From: Candidatus Microgenomates bacterium
GTDB lineage: Bacteria; Patescibacteriota; Microgenomatia; UBA8517
Length of the DNA: 64,000 nucleotides
Assembly: GCA_049523135.1 (NCBI GenBank)
Contig: JBEKNE010000001.1
Location: 146,095-210,094, forward strand
Direction: 5' to 3'
Shown here in pieces: positions 55,065 to 64,000 of this stretch (position 1 is the stretch's first letter; each line of letters begins with the position of its first letter). Made by a program: the position numbers and the translations under genes. The notes under the pieces were generated by a model, which worked only from the letters and a program-made list of their open reading frames with translations, searched no databases and was not told the origin of the DNA.

Positions 55065-58000
55065 ATGGAACAATTAGCAGATCTAAAAAATTTAACTGAT
55101 TTCAAGAGTCTTCTTATTAAATTAGCCTCTCCGGAGGAGATTCGTGCATGGAGCCGTGGGGAAATTACCAAACCGGAAACAATTAACTATAGAACTCTTA
55201 AACCTGAAAAAGACGGTCTTTTTGACGAAAGAATCTTTGGTCCTACAAAAGATTGGGAGTGTTATTGCGGAAAATACAAAAGAATCAGATATAAAGGAGT
55301 TATTTGTGATAAATGCGGTGTTGAAGTCACACAAAGTAGAGTCAGGCGTGAAAGAATGGGCCATATTACCCTGGCCACTCCGACTGCTCATGTTTGGTTT
55401 TTCAAGGGAGCCCCAAGTAAAATTTCTCTTCTTTTGGGAGTAGCGCCGCGCGGAATTGAGCAGGTGATTTATTTTGCCAGGTACTTGGTGACCGAAGTTG
55501 ATGAAGAAAAGAAAAAGGAAGCATTGAAAAGCATTCAAAAATCAAAAGACGAAAGTCTTGATGAGATTGCAGGAAATTTTAAATCCCGCCATGACGCTCT
55601 GAAGATTGAAGAAAAAGAGGCTAAAGAAAAAGCAACTTCAAAGATAAAAGATAAAGAACAAGCTTCTTTGGCTTTAGCTGAAATAGAATTGAACTTAAGA
55701 AAGAAAGAAACAGCAATAAACGAAGAAGAAAAAACAACAATAAATAGAACAAATGAGCTTTTTGATAATATTACGATAATTGCCAAGAGCCTTCATGCTT
55801 TGAGTATTTTGAGTGAGGAAGAATACGATGAGCTTTATGAATATGGAGCGGCAGATTTCTTTACCGCAAAGATGGGGGCAGATGCAGTTCTTGAAGCAAT
55901 TGAGAAAATTAACTTGGAAGAAATATCCAAATCACTTCGTGAAGAAATCGGCTCAACCAAAGGCGGAAGCTCAAAATATATAAAGATTGTTAAAAGACTG
56001 AAGCTAATAGACGGACTCAGGCGTGCAAAAGTCAATCCTTCATGGATGATCTTGCGCGTTTTACCGGTTCTTCCTCCGGATCTTAGACCTATGGTTCAAC
56101 TTTCAGGCGGACGCTTTGCAACCAGTGACTTAAACGATCTTTATAGAAGAGTTATTAATAGAAACAACCGTCTTAAACATCTTATTAGCCTTGGTGCGCC
56201 CGAAATAATCCTTAGAAATGAAAAAAGAATGCTTCAGGAGGCAGTCGATTCGCTTATTGATGCATCTCAGCGTAAAGCAACCAGAAAATCCCGCGGCAGA
56301 CAGCCCTTGAGATCCCTAAGTGATATGCTTCGCGGAAAGCAGGGACGTTTCAGACAAAACCTTCTTGGTAAGCGTGTCGATTACTCCGGAAGAAGTGTTA
56401 TTATCGTCGGACCTGAGCTTAAACTTACCCAGTGCGGACTTCCGAAAGACATGGCTCTTGAAATGTTTAAGCCGTTTGTATTAAGGGAGATGATTGCAAG
56501 AGGAATTGCACCTAACGTTAAGAGTGCCAAAAATATGCTTGACAGACGCCCTCCCGAAGTTTTTGATATTTTGGAAGAAATTATTAAAGATCATCCTGTA
56601 CTTTTGAACCGTGCGCCGACACTTCATAAACTTTCAATTCAATCTTTCTATCCGGTCCTAATTGAAGGAAGTGCCATCAGACTTCATCCTGCGGTATGCT
56701 CAGGATTTAACGCCGACTTTGACGGAGATCAGATGGCAGTACATGTGCCTTTGAGCGAAAAAGCGGTTGAAGAAGCCAGAACTTTAATGCTTCCTACCAA
56801 TAATTTGCTTAAGCCCAGTGACGGCGGACCGGCTGCAACCCCTTCAAGTAAGGAAATAGCCTTGGGCGCTTTTTACTTAACGTCTGAAGATACAAGACTT
56901 GAAGCTTTTCCGACAATTTTTTCGGATAAAGAAGAGGCAATTTTTGCTTACCAAGCGGGGAAACTTATGATCAGGCAAAAGATGCAAGTAAGGCTCGGTA
57001 AGGAGATAGTTGAAACAACTGTCGGCAGGCTTCTTTTCAATGAAGTTCTTCCGGAAAACTTTGATTTTATTAATGAAGGTGTAACCTCTTCTGTTATTAA
57101 GTCACTTTTTGTAAAGGCATACTCTACCGTTTCGAAAGAAAGAGTGGTTCAGCTTGTGGATGATATTAAGGATCTTGGATTCTTCGGAGGAACAATTTCC
57201 GGAATTTCCTTCGGGGTTTTTGATGCTAAAATCTATCCGGGCAAAGATAAGGTTTTGGAAGAAGCAGACAAGAGGGTTTCCGAAATTGAAGAAAACTTTA
57301 ATCAAGGTCTTATTACGGCAGAAGAGAAAAGACGCTTGACTCAGGAGGTTTGGATTGAAGTATCTGAGGATTTGGCTGATAAAACATGGAACGAGATGGA
57401 ACCGACAAATCCGATTCGTATCGTGATTGATGCCAAGGTTGGTCGTGCTTCCCGAGATCAGGTTAAACAGCTGGCTGCAATCCGTGGACTAGTTGTTGAC
57501 CCGATGGGTAAAATTGTTGAACTTCCTATTAAGAGTAACTTCAGGGAAGGATTAAGTGTTTTTGAATACGTCACTTCTTCCCGTGGTTCCAGAAAAGGTC
57601 TAACAGATACTGCTATCAAGACAGCAGATGCAGGGTACCTTACAAGGAGACTTGTAGATGTTGCTCATGATGTAATTGTCAGGCTGGACGATTGCGGAAC
57701 TAAAGAGGGTTATGAAATTAAAAAAGAGGAAAGACCTCAAGTGTTTGCCGCAAGAATTTTCGGCAGATATGCAACAAAAGATATAGTTGCCCCGAAAGGA
57801 AAGGAAATTTTGGTTCATACAGGGGAAATAATTGATGAGGCAATAGCAAAGAAGATCGATGAGGCAGGTATTACCTCGGTAACAGTAAGGTCCCCCCTTA
57901 CCTGTCAAGCCAGATATGGAATTTGCAAAAAATGCTACGGGTGGGATCTTGGCAGTAAGGGTATGGTTGAAGTCGGAACTCCAGTTGGAGTAATTGCGGC

Positions 58001-58784
58001 TCAGTCAATTGGAGAACCGGGAACTCAGCTTACTCTTCGTACCAAACATGCGGCTGGAGTTGTCGGAGTTGATGTTACCCAAGGTCTTCCAAGAGTTGAA
58101 GAGCTTGTTGAAGCGCGCCTTCCAAAAGTTGTTTCGGCTCTTTCTGAAATTACCGGAAAAGCCCGTATTTCCGAAACAGATGAAGGCTGGAAAGTAACAA
58201 TTACTTCCAAAGGAACTCCTAAAGAGGAAAAAGAATATATTTTGCCCAAGACTTTGGAATTGGCAGTTGAAGACGGACAAACTGTCGAAGCGGGAACGGC
58301 TTTGGCAAAAGGGGCACTCGATATTAAAGACATCCTTTCAATTAAGGGTGTTAGAGCGGCCCAGGAATACATGGTTAACGAGATTCAAAAAGTTTATGAA
58401 TCTCAGGGAATTCCGATTAACGATAGGCACATAGAAGTAATTGTCAGAAAGATGAGTGATGAAGTTAGGATGGTGACAACAGGGGATACCCCGTTCCTTC
58501 CGGGAGAACTGGCCAGTAGGGCGACTTTTGAAGAGGAAAACGAGAAAGTTTTGGCAGCCGGAGGAGAACCTGCCAGTGCACAGCAAGTAATTTTGGGTAT
58601 AACAAGACGTGCTCTTTACACAGACAGCTGGCTTTCCGCCGCATCATTCGAGCAAACGACGGACGTTTTGACTGAGGCTTCACTTCTCGGACGGGAAGAC
58701 AAGCTTACAGGACTTAAAGAAAATGTTATTATCGGAAGGCTAATTCCGGTTACTCCGGAGAGGGCTGCCATGCCGCAAGGCTAA
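55065..58784 (+). CDS. rpoC: RNA polymerase beta' subunit
   Basis: CYCGKYK zinc finger, [24 protein letters not shown]. Confidence 0.99.
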   Translation: MEQLADLKNLTDFKSLLIKLASPEEIRAWSRGEITKPETINYRTLKPEKDGLFDERIFGPTKDWECYCGKYKRIRYKGVICDKCGVEVTQSRVRRERMGHITLATPTAHVWFFKGAPSKISLLLGVAPRGIEQVIYFARYLVTEVDEEKKKEALKSIQKSKDESLDEIAGNFKSRHDALKIEEKEAKEKATSKIKDKEQASLALAEIELNLRKKETAINEEEKTTINRTNELFDNITIIAKSLHALSILSEEEYDELYEYGAADFFTAKMGADAVLEAIEKINLEEISKSLREEIGSTKGGSSKYIKIVKRLKLIDGLRRAKVNPSWMILRVLPVLPPDLRPMVQLSGGRFATSDLNDLYRRVINRNNRLKHLISLGAPEIILRNEKRMLQEAVDSLIDASQRKATRKSRGRQPLRSLSDMLRGKQGRFRQNLLGKRVDYSGRSVIIVGPELKLTQCGLPKDMALEMFKPFVLREMIARGIAPNVKSAKNMLDRRPPEVFDILEEIIKDHPVLLNRAPTLHKLSIQSFYPVLIEGSAIRLHPAVCSGFNADFDGDQMAVHVPLSEKAVEEARTLMLPTNNLLKPSDGGPAATPSSKEIALGAFYLTSEDTRLEAFPTIFSDKEEAIFAYQAGKLMIRQKMQVRLGKEIVETTVGRLLFNEVLPENFDFINEGVTSSVIKSLFVKAYSTVSKERVVQLVDDIKDLGFFGGTISGISFGVFDAKIYPGKDKVLEEADKRVSEIEENFNQGLITAEEKRRLTQEVWIEVSEDLADKTWNEMEPTNPIRIVIDAKVGRASRDQVKQLAAIRGLVVDPMGKIVELPIKSNFREGLSVFEYVTSSRGSRKGLTDTAIKTADAGYLTRRLVDVAHDVIVRLDDCGTKEGYEIKKEERPQVFAARIFGRYATKDIVAPKGKEILVHTGEIIDEAIAKKIDEAGITSVTVRSPLTCQARYGICKKCYGWDLGSKGMVEVGTPVGVIAAQSIGEPGTQLTLRTKHAAGVVGVDVTQGLPRVEELVEARLPKVVSALSEITGKARISETDEGWKVTITSKGTPKEEKEYILPKTLELAVEDGQTVEAGTALAKGALDIKDILSIKGVRAAQEYMVNEIQKVYESQGIPINDRHIEVIVRKMSDEVRMVTTGDTPFLPGELASRATFEEENEKVLAAGGEPASAQQVILGITRRALYTDSWLSAASFEQTTDVLTEASLLGREDKLTGLKENVIIGRLIPVTPERAAMPQG

Positions 58785-58785
58785 T

Positions 58786-59211
58786 ATGCCAACAATTAAT
58801 CAGCTTACCAGAAAAGGAAGGAAAAGAATTGTCAAAAAGACAAAAACCACGGCTCTTAAAAGATGGTTTAATGCCAAAGACAGAAAGTTTTCCGAAGGTC
58901 ACTCCGCTTTTAAGCGTGGAGTAGTTTTGGCTGTTCGTACAATGACACCTAAAAAGCCTAATTCGGCTCTCCGAAAAGTTGCCAGAGTCCGTCTTTCCAA
59001 TAAGCAGGAGATTACTGTTTACATTCCCGGTGAAGGACATGAACTGGCGGAGCATTCTATTGTTTTGGTTCGTGGAGGACGTGTTAAGGATTTGCCGGGA
59101 GTAAAATATCATGTTATTAGGGGAAAATACGACACGACCGGAGTTGCAGGAAGACAAACCGGTAGAAGCAGGTATGGTGCAAAGAAAGGACAAGCAGCAA
59201 AAACTGCGTAA
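58786..59211 (+). CDS. rpsL: 30S ribosomal protein S12
   Basis: [20 protein letters not shown]. Confidence 0.99.
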   Translation: MPTINQLTRKGRKRIVKKTKTTALKRWFNAKDRKFSEGHSAFKRGVVLAVRTMTPKKPNSALRKVARVRLSNKQEITVYIPGEGHELAEHSIVLVRGGRVKDLPGVKYHVIRGKYDTTGVAGRQTGRSRYGAKKGQAAKTA

Positions 59212-59216
59212 ATAGT

Positions 59217-59696
59217 ATGGCAAGAAAGGGAGCGTCAAAACCAAGAATTATACAACCTGATCCGATTTACGGAAGCAAACTTGTAACAAAGCTTATTAAC
59301 AGGAGTATGTTTGATGGCAAGAAATCAATAGCAATGACTGGAGTTTATGAAGCTTTTGAGATAATTAAAGAGAAAACCGGTAGCGATCCTTTAAAAGTTT
59401 TTAATCAGGCTCTTGAAAATATTAAGCCGGCAATGGAAGTTAGGGCCAGAAGAATCGGAGGAGCGGCATACCAAGTTCCGGCTCCTGTCAGAGGACCAAG
59501 GCGCGAATCCTTGGCAATCAGATGGCTTATTGCGGCGGCAAACTCAAGATCCAATTCCGATTTTCATACCTATGGCGGAAAATTAGCGGCAGAAATAATG
59601 GATGCGGCAAAAGGTGAAGGGGCAGCTGTTAAAAAGAGAACCGATATGGAAAGGGTGGCAGAAGCGAATAAGGCTTTCAGTCATTTTAGATGGTAG
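59217..59696 (+). CDS. rpsG: 30S ribosomal protein S7
   Basis: RRIGGAAYQVP, AEANKAFSHFRW. Confidence 0.99.
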   Translation: MARKGASKPRIIQPDPIYGSKLVTKLINRSMFDGKKSIAMTGVYEAFEIIKEKTGSDPLKVFNQALENIKPAMEVRARRIGGAAYQVPAPVRGPRRESLAIRWLIAAANSRSNSDFHTYGGKLAAEIMDAAKGEGAAVKKRTDMERVAEANKAFSHFRW

Positions 59697-59714
59697 ATAC
59701 GGCATTTTTTGCTA

Positions 59715-59743
59715 TTGACTTCGTATTTCTTTCGGTATAAATT
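59715..59743 (+). promoter_or_regulatory. Internal promoter upstream of fusA
   Basis: TTGACT (59715), 17 nt, TAAATT (59738). Confidence 0.7.
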
Positions 59744-59749
59744 TAGTTA

Positions 59750-59854
59750 ATGCCCAAAAATTCAAAAAGAAATCATTGCTGTATTCTCTGTGTAAAGAAA
59801 CTTGTTTGGGGAGAAAAGTTTTGTTCCATTGAATTATTATGCCCCGTTTGCTAA
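59750..59854 (+). CDS. Putative leaderless 34-aa Cys-rich leader peptide (uORF)
   Basis: MPKNSKRNHCCILCVKKLVWGEKFCSIELLCPVC; ATG 6 nt after the -10. Confidence 0.5.
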   Translation: MPKNSKRNHCCILCVKKLVWGEKFCSIELLCPVC

Positions 59855-59864
59855 AATCACATCT

Positions 59865-59886
59865 GCTTCCTGGAAAGGAAGTTTTT
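59865..59886 (+). terminator. Terminator-like hairpin immediately before the fusA start
   Basis: GCTTCCT-GGAA-AGGAAGT followed by TTTT; ATG at 59889. Confidence 0.55.
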
Positions 59887-59888
59887 AT

Positions 59889-62060
59889 ATGGCAGAAGTA
59901 GCAAAGAAAAAAGCGGCGATAGTCATGACGGCGACGAAGGATCGCAATGTTTCCTATGAAAAGATCCGTAATATCGGTATTATTGCTCATATCGATGCCG
60001 GCAAAACCACAACTACAGAAAGGCTTCTTTTTGAAACAGGAAGAACATACAAATTAGGATCTGTTGATGAAGGAACAACTGTTACCGACTGGATGGCTCA
60101 GGAGCGTGAGCGCGGAATTACAATTGTTTCAGCGGCAATTACTACTTTTTGGGATATGAAGAAAAATACTTCAGTTGAAGCAGGACATTACCGAATTAAT
60201 ATTATTGATACACCGGGCCACATTGATTTTACTGCAGAAGTTGAGCGTTCCCTGAGAGTTTTGGATGGAGCCTTGATGGTTTTTGACGGCCGCACAGGGG
60301 TTGAATCCCAGTCGGAAACTGTCTGGAGACAGGCTGATAAATATAACGTTCCGAGAATTTGCGTTTTAAATAAATTGAATTTAATTGGCGCCAATTTTGA
60401 AGAGTCTATCAAGTCAATTCGTGATAGGCTCGGAGCCAATGCTGCACCGGTAATAATTCCTATTGGTCTTGAACATGAGCACAGGGGTGTAGTTGACCTT
60501 ATCAAAATGAAAGCCTTTACCTACAAGGATATTGCGGATCACGAGCTGACCGAGGAAGAAATTCCGGCTGAACTTTTGGAGTCTGCCAAGAAATACAGGC
60601 AGGAACTTTTGGAAAGAGTCGCCGAATTTGACGATGAAGCTCTTAATCTCTTCCTCGAAGGTAAAGAAATTGATGAAGTCATTCTAAAACGAGCTATCAG
60701 AAAAGGAGTTATCGCCGGAAAATTCTTCCCGGTTTTCGGAGGAGATAACAGAACTGCAGAAAGCCAGCTTCTTTTGGACGGAATTGTAGAATATTTGCCG
60801 TCCCCTTTGGATCTACCCCCGGTTGAGGGAATTGATCCTAAAACCGGCGAGAAAACCAGTCGCGAAAGAAAGAATGAAGCGCCGTTCAGCGGTCTTGCTT
60901 TCAAAGTTATGACAGATCCTCACGTCGGACGCCTTGTTTATGTCAGAATTTATTCAGGAACTCTTTCTTCGGGGCAAGAAGTTTATAACTCATCCGTACA
61001 GAAACACGAGAGAATTGGAAAGTTGGTTCTTCTCCACGCAGATCAGAGGGAGTTGATCGAGACAGCTTATGCTGGAGAGATTGTGGCTGTTGTTGGTATA
61101 AAAGACACAACTACCGGTAATACAATTTGTGATTCCAGTCACCCAATAGTTTTGGAGTCGATTAATTTCCCTGAGCCTGTTATTTCACTTGCTATTGAAC
61201 CGGCTACAAAAAGCGATCAGGAAAAAATGGGATTGGCACTTTCTAAACTTTCTGATGAAGACCCAACATTTAGAATTAAAAGTAACCCCGAAACAGGCCA
61301 AACTATTATCGCAGGTATGGGTGAGCTTCAGCTTGAGGTTTTGGTTGACAGGATGAAGAGGGAATTTAATGTTTTAGCAACAACAGGAGCCCCTCAGGTT
61401 GCCTACAAAGAAACTATTAAAAAGATTGGGGAAGGCGAAGGCAAATATATTCGTCAAACTGGAGGCCGCGGACAATACGGACACTGTCTTATTAGGCTTG
61501 AACCAATGGGTAGGGGTGAGGGTTTTGAATATAAGAGTGAAATTAAAGGTGGAGCAATTCCGAATGAATATATTCCAGCAATTGAAAAAGGTATTAAAGA
61601 AAAGATGGAAAACGGAGTTATGGCAGGTTTCCCTATGGTTGATATGAAAGCAATAGTTTATGACGGAAGTTACCATGAAGTCGATTCTTCGGAAATTGCC
61701 TTCAAAATTGCAGGTTCAATGGCCTTGGAAGATGCCTTTAAACACTCCGACCCCATTCTTTTGGAACCTATTATGAAAATAGAGGTTTCGACTCCGGATG
61801 AGTTTATGGGGGATGTAATTGGGGACCTTTCCAGCAAGCGCGCTCAGGTTTCGGGGACCGAAAAGAGAGGAATGATGACTGTTATTAATGCCTTGGCTCC
61901 ACTAAGCGAGCTTTCGGGCTACGCAACCAAATTGAGATCCTTAACTCAAGGCCGCGCCAGCTACTATATGGAGCCTTCCCACTATGAAGAAGTTCCGAAG
62001 AACATAAGTGATACAGTTGTTGCTAAAGCCGGCAAGGTTGAAATGCATAGGGGAAACTAG
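59889..62060 (+). CDS. fusA: Elongation factor G
   Basis: AHIDAGKTTTTER, RGITI, DTPGHIDF, GMGELQLE, QTGGRGQYG. Confidence 0.98.
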   Translation: MAEVAKKKAAIVMTATKDRNVSYEKIRNIGIIAHIDAGKTTTTERLLFETGRTYKLGSVDEGTTVTDWMAQERERGITIVSAAITTFWDMKKNTSVEAGHYRINIIDTPGHIDFTAEVERSLRVLDGALMVFDGRTGVESQSETVWRQADKYNVPRICVLNKLNLIGANFEESIKSIRDRLGANAAPVIIPIGLEHEHRGVVDLIKMKAFTYKDIADHELTEEEIPAELLESAKKYRQELLERVAEFDDEALNLFLEGKEIDEVILKRAIRKGVIAGKFFPVFGGDNRTAESQLLLDGIVEYLPSPLDLPPVEGIDPKTGEKTSRERKNEAPFSGLAFKVMTDPHVGRLVYVRIYSGTLSSGQEVYNSSVQKHERIGKLVLLHADQRELIETAYAGEIVAVVGIKDTTTGNTICDSSHPIVLESINFPEPVISLAIEPATKSDQEKMGLALSKLSDEDPTFRIKSNPETGQTIIAGMGELQLEVLVDRMKREFNVLATTGAPQVAYKETIKKIGEGEGKYIRQTGGRGQYGHCLIRLEPMGRGEGFEYKSEIKGGAIPNEYIPAIEKGIKEKMENGVMAGFPMVDMKAIVYDGSYHEVDSSEIAFKIAGSMALEDAFKHSDPILLEPIMKIEVSTPDEFMGDVIGDLSSKRAQVSGTEKRGMMTVINALAPLSELSGYATKLRSLTQGRASYYMEPSHYEEVPKNISDTVVAKAGKVEMHRGN

Positions 62061-62075
62061 TTAGTTGGTTGACCC

Positions 62076-62160
62076 TTGACAGCCTTGATTAGCCTCGGAT
62101 ATAATTTGAATACATAAGGGCAGGGTTGCCCTTGTTTCTTTGAAAAAGGACTAGTATAAT
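62076..62160 (+). promoter_or_regulatory. Tandem tuf promoters with intervening hairpin
   Basis: TTGACA (62076), 18 nt, TATAAT (62100); hairpin 62114-62135; TTGTTT (62132), 17 nt, TATAAT (62155), 8 nt, ATG. Confidence 0.7.
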
Positions 62161-62168
62161 AGACAACT

Positions 62169-63362
62169 ATGGCAGGAGAAGCTAAACAAAAATACGAAAG
62201 AACTAAACCCCACGTAAATATTGGGACAATTGGTCACGTTGACCACGGTAAGACTACATTAACCTCAGCAATCACTATGGTTTTGGCCAAACAAGGTTTG
62301 GCAAAAGCCGTTAAATACGAAGAAATTGACAGTGCTCCAGAAGAAAAAGAAAGAGGAGTAACCATAAATCTCTCCCATCAGGAATACGAGACAAAGAAAC
62401 GCCACTATGCCCACATTGATGCTCCGGGCCATGCTGATTACATTAAGAATATGATTACCGGTGCAGCCCAGATGGATGGAGCTATCTTGGTTGTTTCGGC
62501 AGCCGATGGTCCAATGCCTCAGACTCGTGAGCACGTAATTTTGGCCAAGCAGGTCAATGTTCCAGCAATCGTAGTTTTCCTTAACAAATGCGACATGGTT
62601 GATGACCCCGAGCTTATCGACCTGGTCGAGGCTGATGTTAGGGAACTTCTTAAGAAATATGGCTATCCGGGAGATGAAGTTCCTGTTATAAGGGGTTCTG
62701 CCTTAAAGGCAGTTGAAGGTGATCCTGAGGCTGAAAAGCAAATTATGGCTTTGATGGATGCTGTTGATAGCTATATTCCGGATCCGGTTCGTGATACCGA
62801 TAAACCCTTCTTAATGCCTATTGAGGATGTATTTACAATCCAAGGAAGAGGAACAGTTGTTACCGGAAGAGTTGAGCGCGGAAAAATTAAAGTTAACGAG
62901 GAAATTGAAATAGTAGGCCTTAAGGCAACTCAAAAAACAGTTGCAACCGGACTTGAAATGTTCAGAAAAACATTGGATGAAGCCATAGCAGGAGACAATA
63001 TTGGAGTACTTTTGAGGGGTGTCGATAAAGACCAAGTTGAGCGCGGTCAGGTTTTGGCCAAGCCGGGTTCTTTAACTCCTCACACCGAATTTGAAGCTGA
63101 AGTTTATATCTTGAGCAAAGAGGAAGGAGGACGCCACACACCGTTTTTCACAGGCTACAAGCCGCAATTCTATATCAAGACAGCCGATATTACGGGTGAA
63201 GCCACTCTTCCTGAAGGAATTGAGATGGTTATGCCCGGAGATAATGCCAAAATGAAAATCAAACTTATTCAGCCGGTAGCTATGGAGGAAGGATTCAGAT
63301 TTGCAATTCGTGAAGGTGGACACACCGTTGGCGATGGTGTTATTACCAAAGTAATCGCTTAA
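62169..63362 (+). CDS. tuf: Elongation factor Tu
   Basis: [25 protein letters not shown]. Confidence 0.99.
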   Translation: MAGEAKQKYERTKPHVNIGTIGHVDHGKTTLTSAITMVLAKQGLAKAVKYEEIDSAPEEKERGVTINLSHQEYETKKRHYAHIDAPGHADYIKNMITGAAQMDGAILVVSAADGPMPQTREHVILAKQVNVPAIVVFLNKCDMVDDPELIDLVEADVRELLKKYGYPGDEVPVIRGSALKAVEGDPEAEKQIMALMDAVDSYIPDPVRDTDKPFLMPIEDVFTIQGRGTVVTGRVERGKIKVNEEIEIVGLKATQKTVATGLEMFRKTLDEAIAGDNIGVLLRGVDKDQVERGQVLAKPGSLTPHTEFEAEVYILSKEEGGRHTPFFTGYKPQFYIKTADITGEATLPEGIEMVMPGDNAKMKIKLIQPVAMEEGFRFAIREGGHTVGDGVITKVIA

Positions 63363-63377
63363 GGCACATTAACCCTG

Positions 63378-63686
63378 ATGGCAAGCTCAAGACTTAGAGT
63401 AAAACTCAAAAGTTACGATCATAGAGTAGTTGACGAGGCGGCAGCAAAGATAGTCGATACCGCTTTGGCTACTGGTGCAAAAATAGTAGGACCCATTCCT
63501 CTTCCTACAAATCGCACAATGATGGCCATTAAGGAATCTCCATTTACAGATAAAGACGCGCAAGAACATTATGAAGTTTTGGTGCATAAACGCCTTATTG
63601 ATATTATTGATCCAAGTCCACGCACAGTGGACTCACTTGGAAATTTGGATTTGCCAGCTGGTGTTTCGATTGAAATAAAGATGTAA
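63378..63686 (+). CDS. rpsJ: 30S ribosomal protein S10
   Basis: RVKLKSYDH, GPIPLPT, HKRLIDI, LDLPAGV. Confidence 0.98.
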   Translation: MASSRLRVKLKSYDHRVVDEAAAKIVDTALATGAKIVGPIPLPTNRTMMAIKESPFTDKDAQEHYEVLVHKRLIDIIDPSPRTVDSLGNLDLPAGVSIEIKM

Positions 63687-63699
63687 TTTGCCCTATAGT

Positions 63700-63728
63700 T
63701 TGACTTTTTCTTCATTCTATGCTATAGT
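63700..63728 (+). promoter_or_regulatory. Promoter downstream of rpsJ
   Basis: TTGACT, 17 nt, TG-n-TATAGT. Confidence 0.7.
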
Positions 63729-63831
63729 TCTCCAGCCTAAATAAACAATTTTAGGTTTGATATCTTGTTCTTTAAGTTTTTACAAAAAGTAACACCTATT
63801 CTCAAATTCATGCAAAGAAAGATGAGGTCAA

Positions 63832-64000
63832 ATGGACACGTATTGGAAATTGGATTTAAATGCGCAGTATAGTACCGAAATGCTGCCCACCCAGTGCTTG
63901 CTTACCAAATTCGGCCTGACCGATATCAAGTTCATAGAACTACTCGGTTCGGGAGCTGGAGATCAATATATCTTTCAAGGTTTCTTTGATCTCGGCAATG
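63832..64000 (+). CDS. Hypothetical protein, 3'-truncated by window edge
   Basis: GAGGT SD then an open frame MDTYWKLDLNAQYSTEMLPTQCLLTKFGLTDIKFIELLGSGAGDQYIFQGFFDLGN; not L3. Confidence 0.5.
   Translation, partial: MDTYWKLDLNAQYSTEMLPTQCLLTKFGLTDIKFIELLGSGAGDQYIFQGFFDLGN

Noticed and set aside
55480-55800. Intein or mobile insertion in rpoC
   Set aside because: Charged coiled-coil lineage-specific insertion without splicing motifs.
59802-59888. N-terminal extension of EF-G from TTG 59802
   Set aside because: Not EF-G-like and overlaps the uORF and hairpin; ATG 59889 is preferred. Upstream extensions of murJ, grpE, rnj, ftsK and udg were trimmed for similar reasons.
1-64000. tRNA, rRNA or tmRNA genes
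   Set aside because: Intergenic gaps are short and none showed cloverleaf or rRNA signatures by eye; tRNAscan-SE and Infernal would confirm.

Overview
Gene-dense, AT-rich chromosomal segment (standard genetic code) whose gene content and reduced proteins (474-aa IF2, 603-aa AlaRS, protease-less Lon, FemAB pair, sortase, LCP, TrpR/YerC-like protein) point to a Patescibacteria/CPR bacterium, probably Microgenomates (inference). From left to right: the 3' end of a DGR-type reverse transcriptase; sugar epimerase and GT2; metG preceded by a LAGLIDADG endonuclease; rmuC and a UvrD-nuclease; two FemAB genes; an intein-containing pcrA/uvrD; LCP and GT-C/PMT glycosyltransferases next to Thr/Pro/Cys-rich surface proteins and pilON; rpsT/murJ; hrcA-grpE-dnaK-dnaJ with CIRCE; nusA-infB-rpsO-pnp; lon-like, udg, rnj, ftsK, alaS, sortase, ruvX, mltG; rpoBC-rpsL-rpsG-fusA-tuf-rpsJ. 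Best novel observation: the endonuclease appears to be an intron-less homing cassette inserted at the HIGH-motif codons of metG. It carries its own promoter and a recoded replacement 5' end of metG, and the decayed original 5' end is still visible at 5330-5388. Other leads: a GIY-YIG-like domain in the UvrD intein, a leaderless Cys-rich uORF plus terminator in front of fusA, EF-G with NKxN/GGD G4/G5 motifs, and pervasive leaderless and overlapping divergent promoters. No rRNA, tRNA or CRISPR array was recognised. All calls are by eye, with no database searches.
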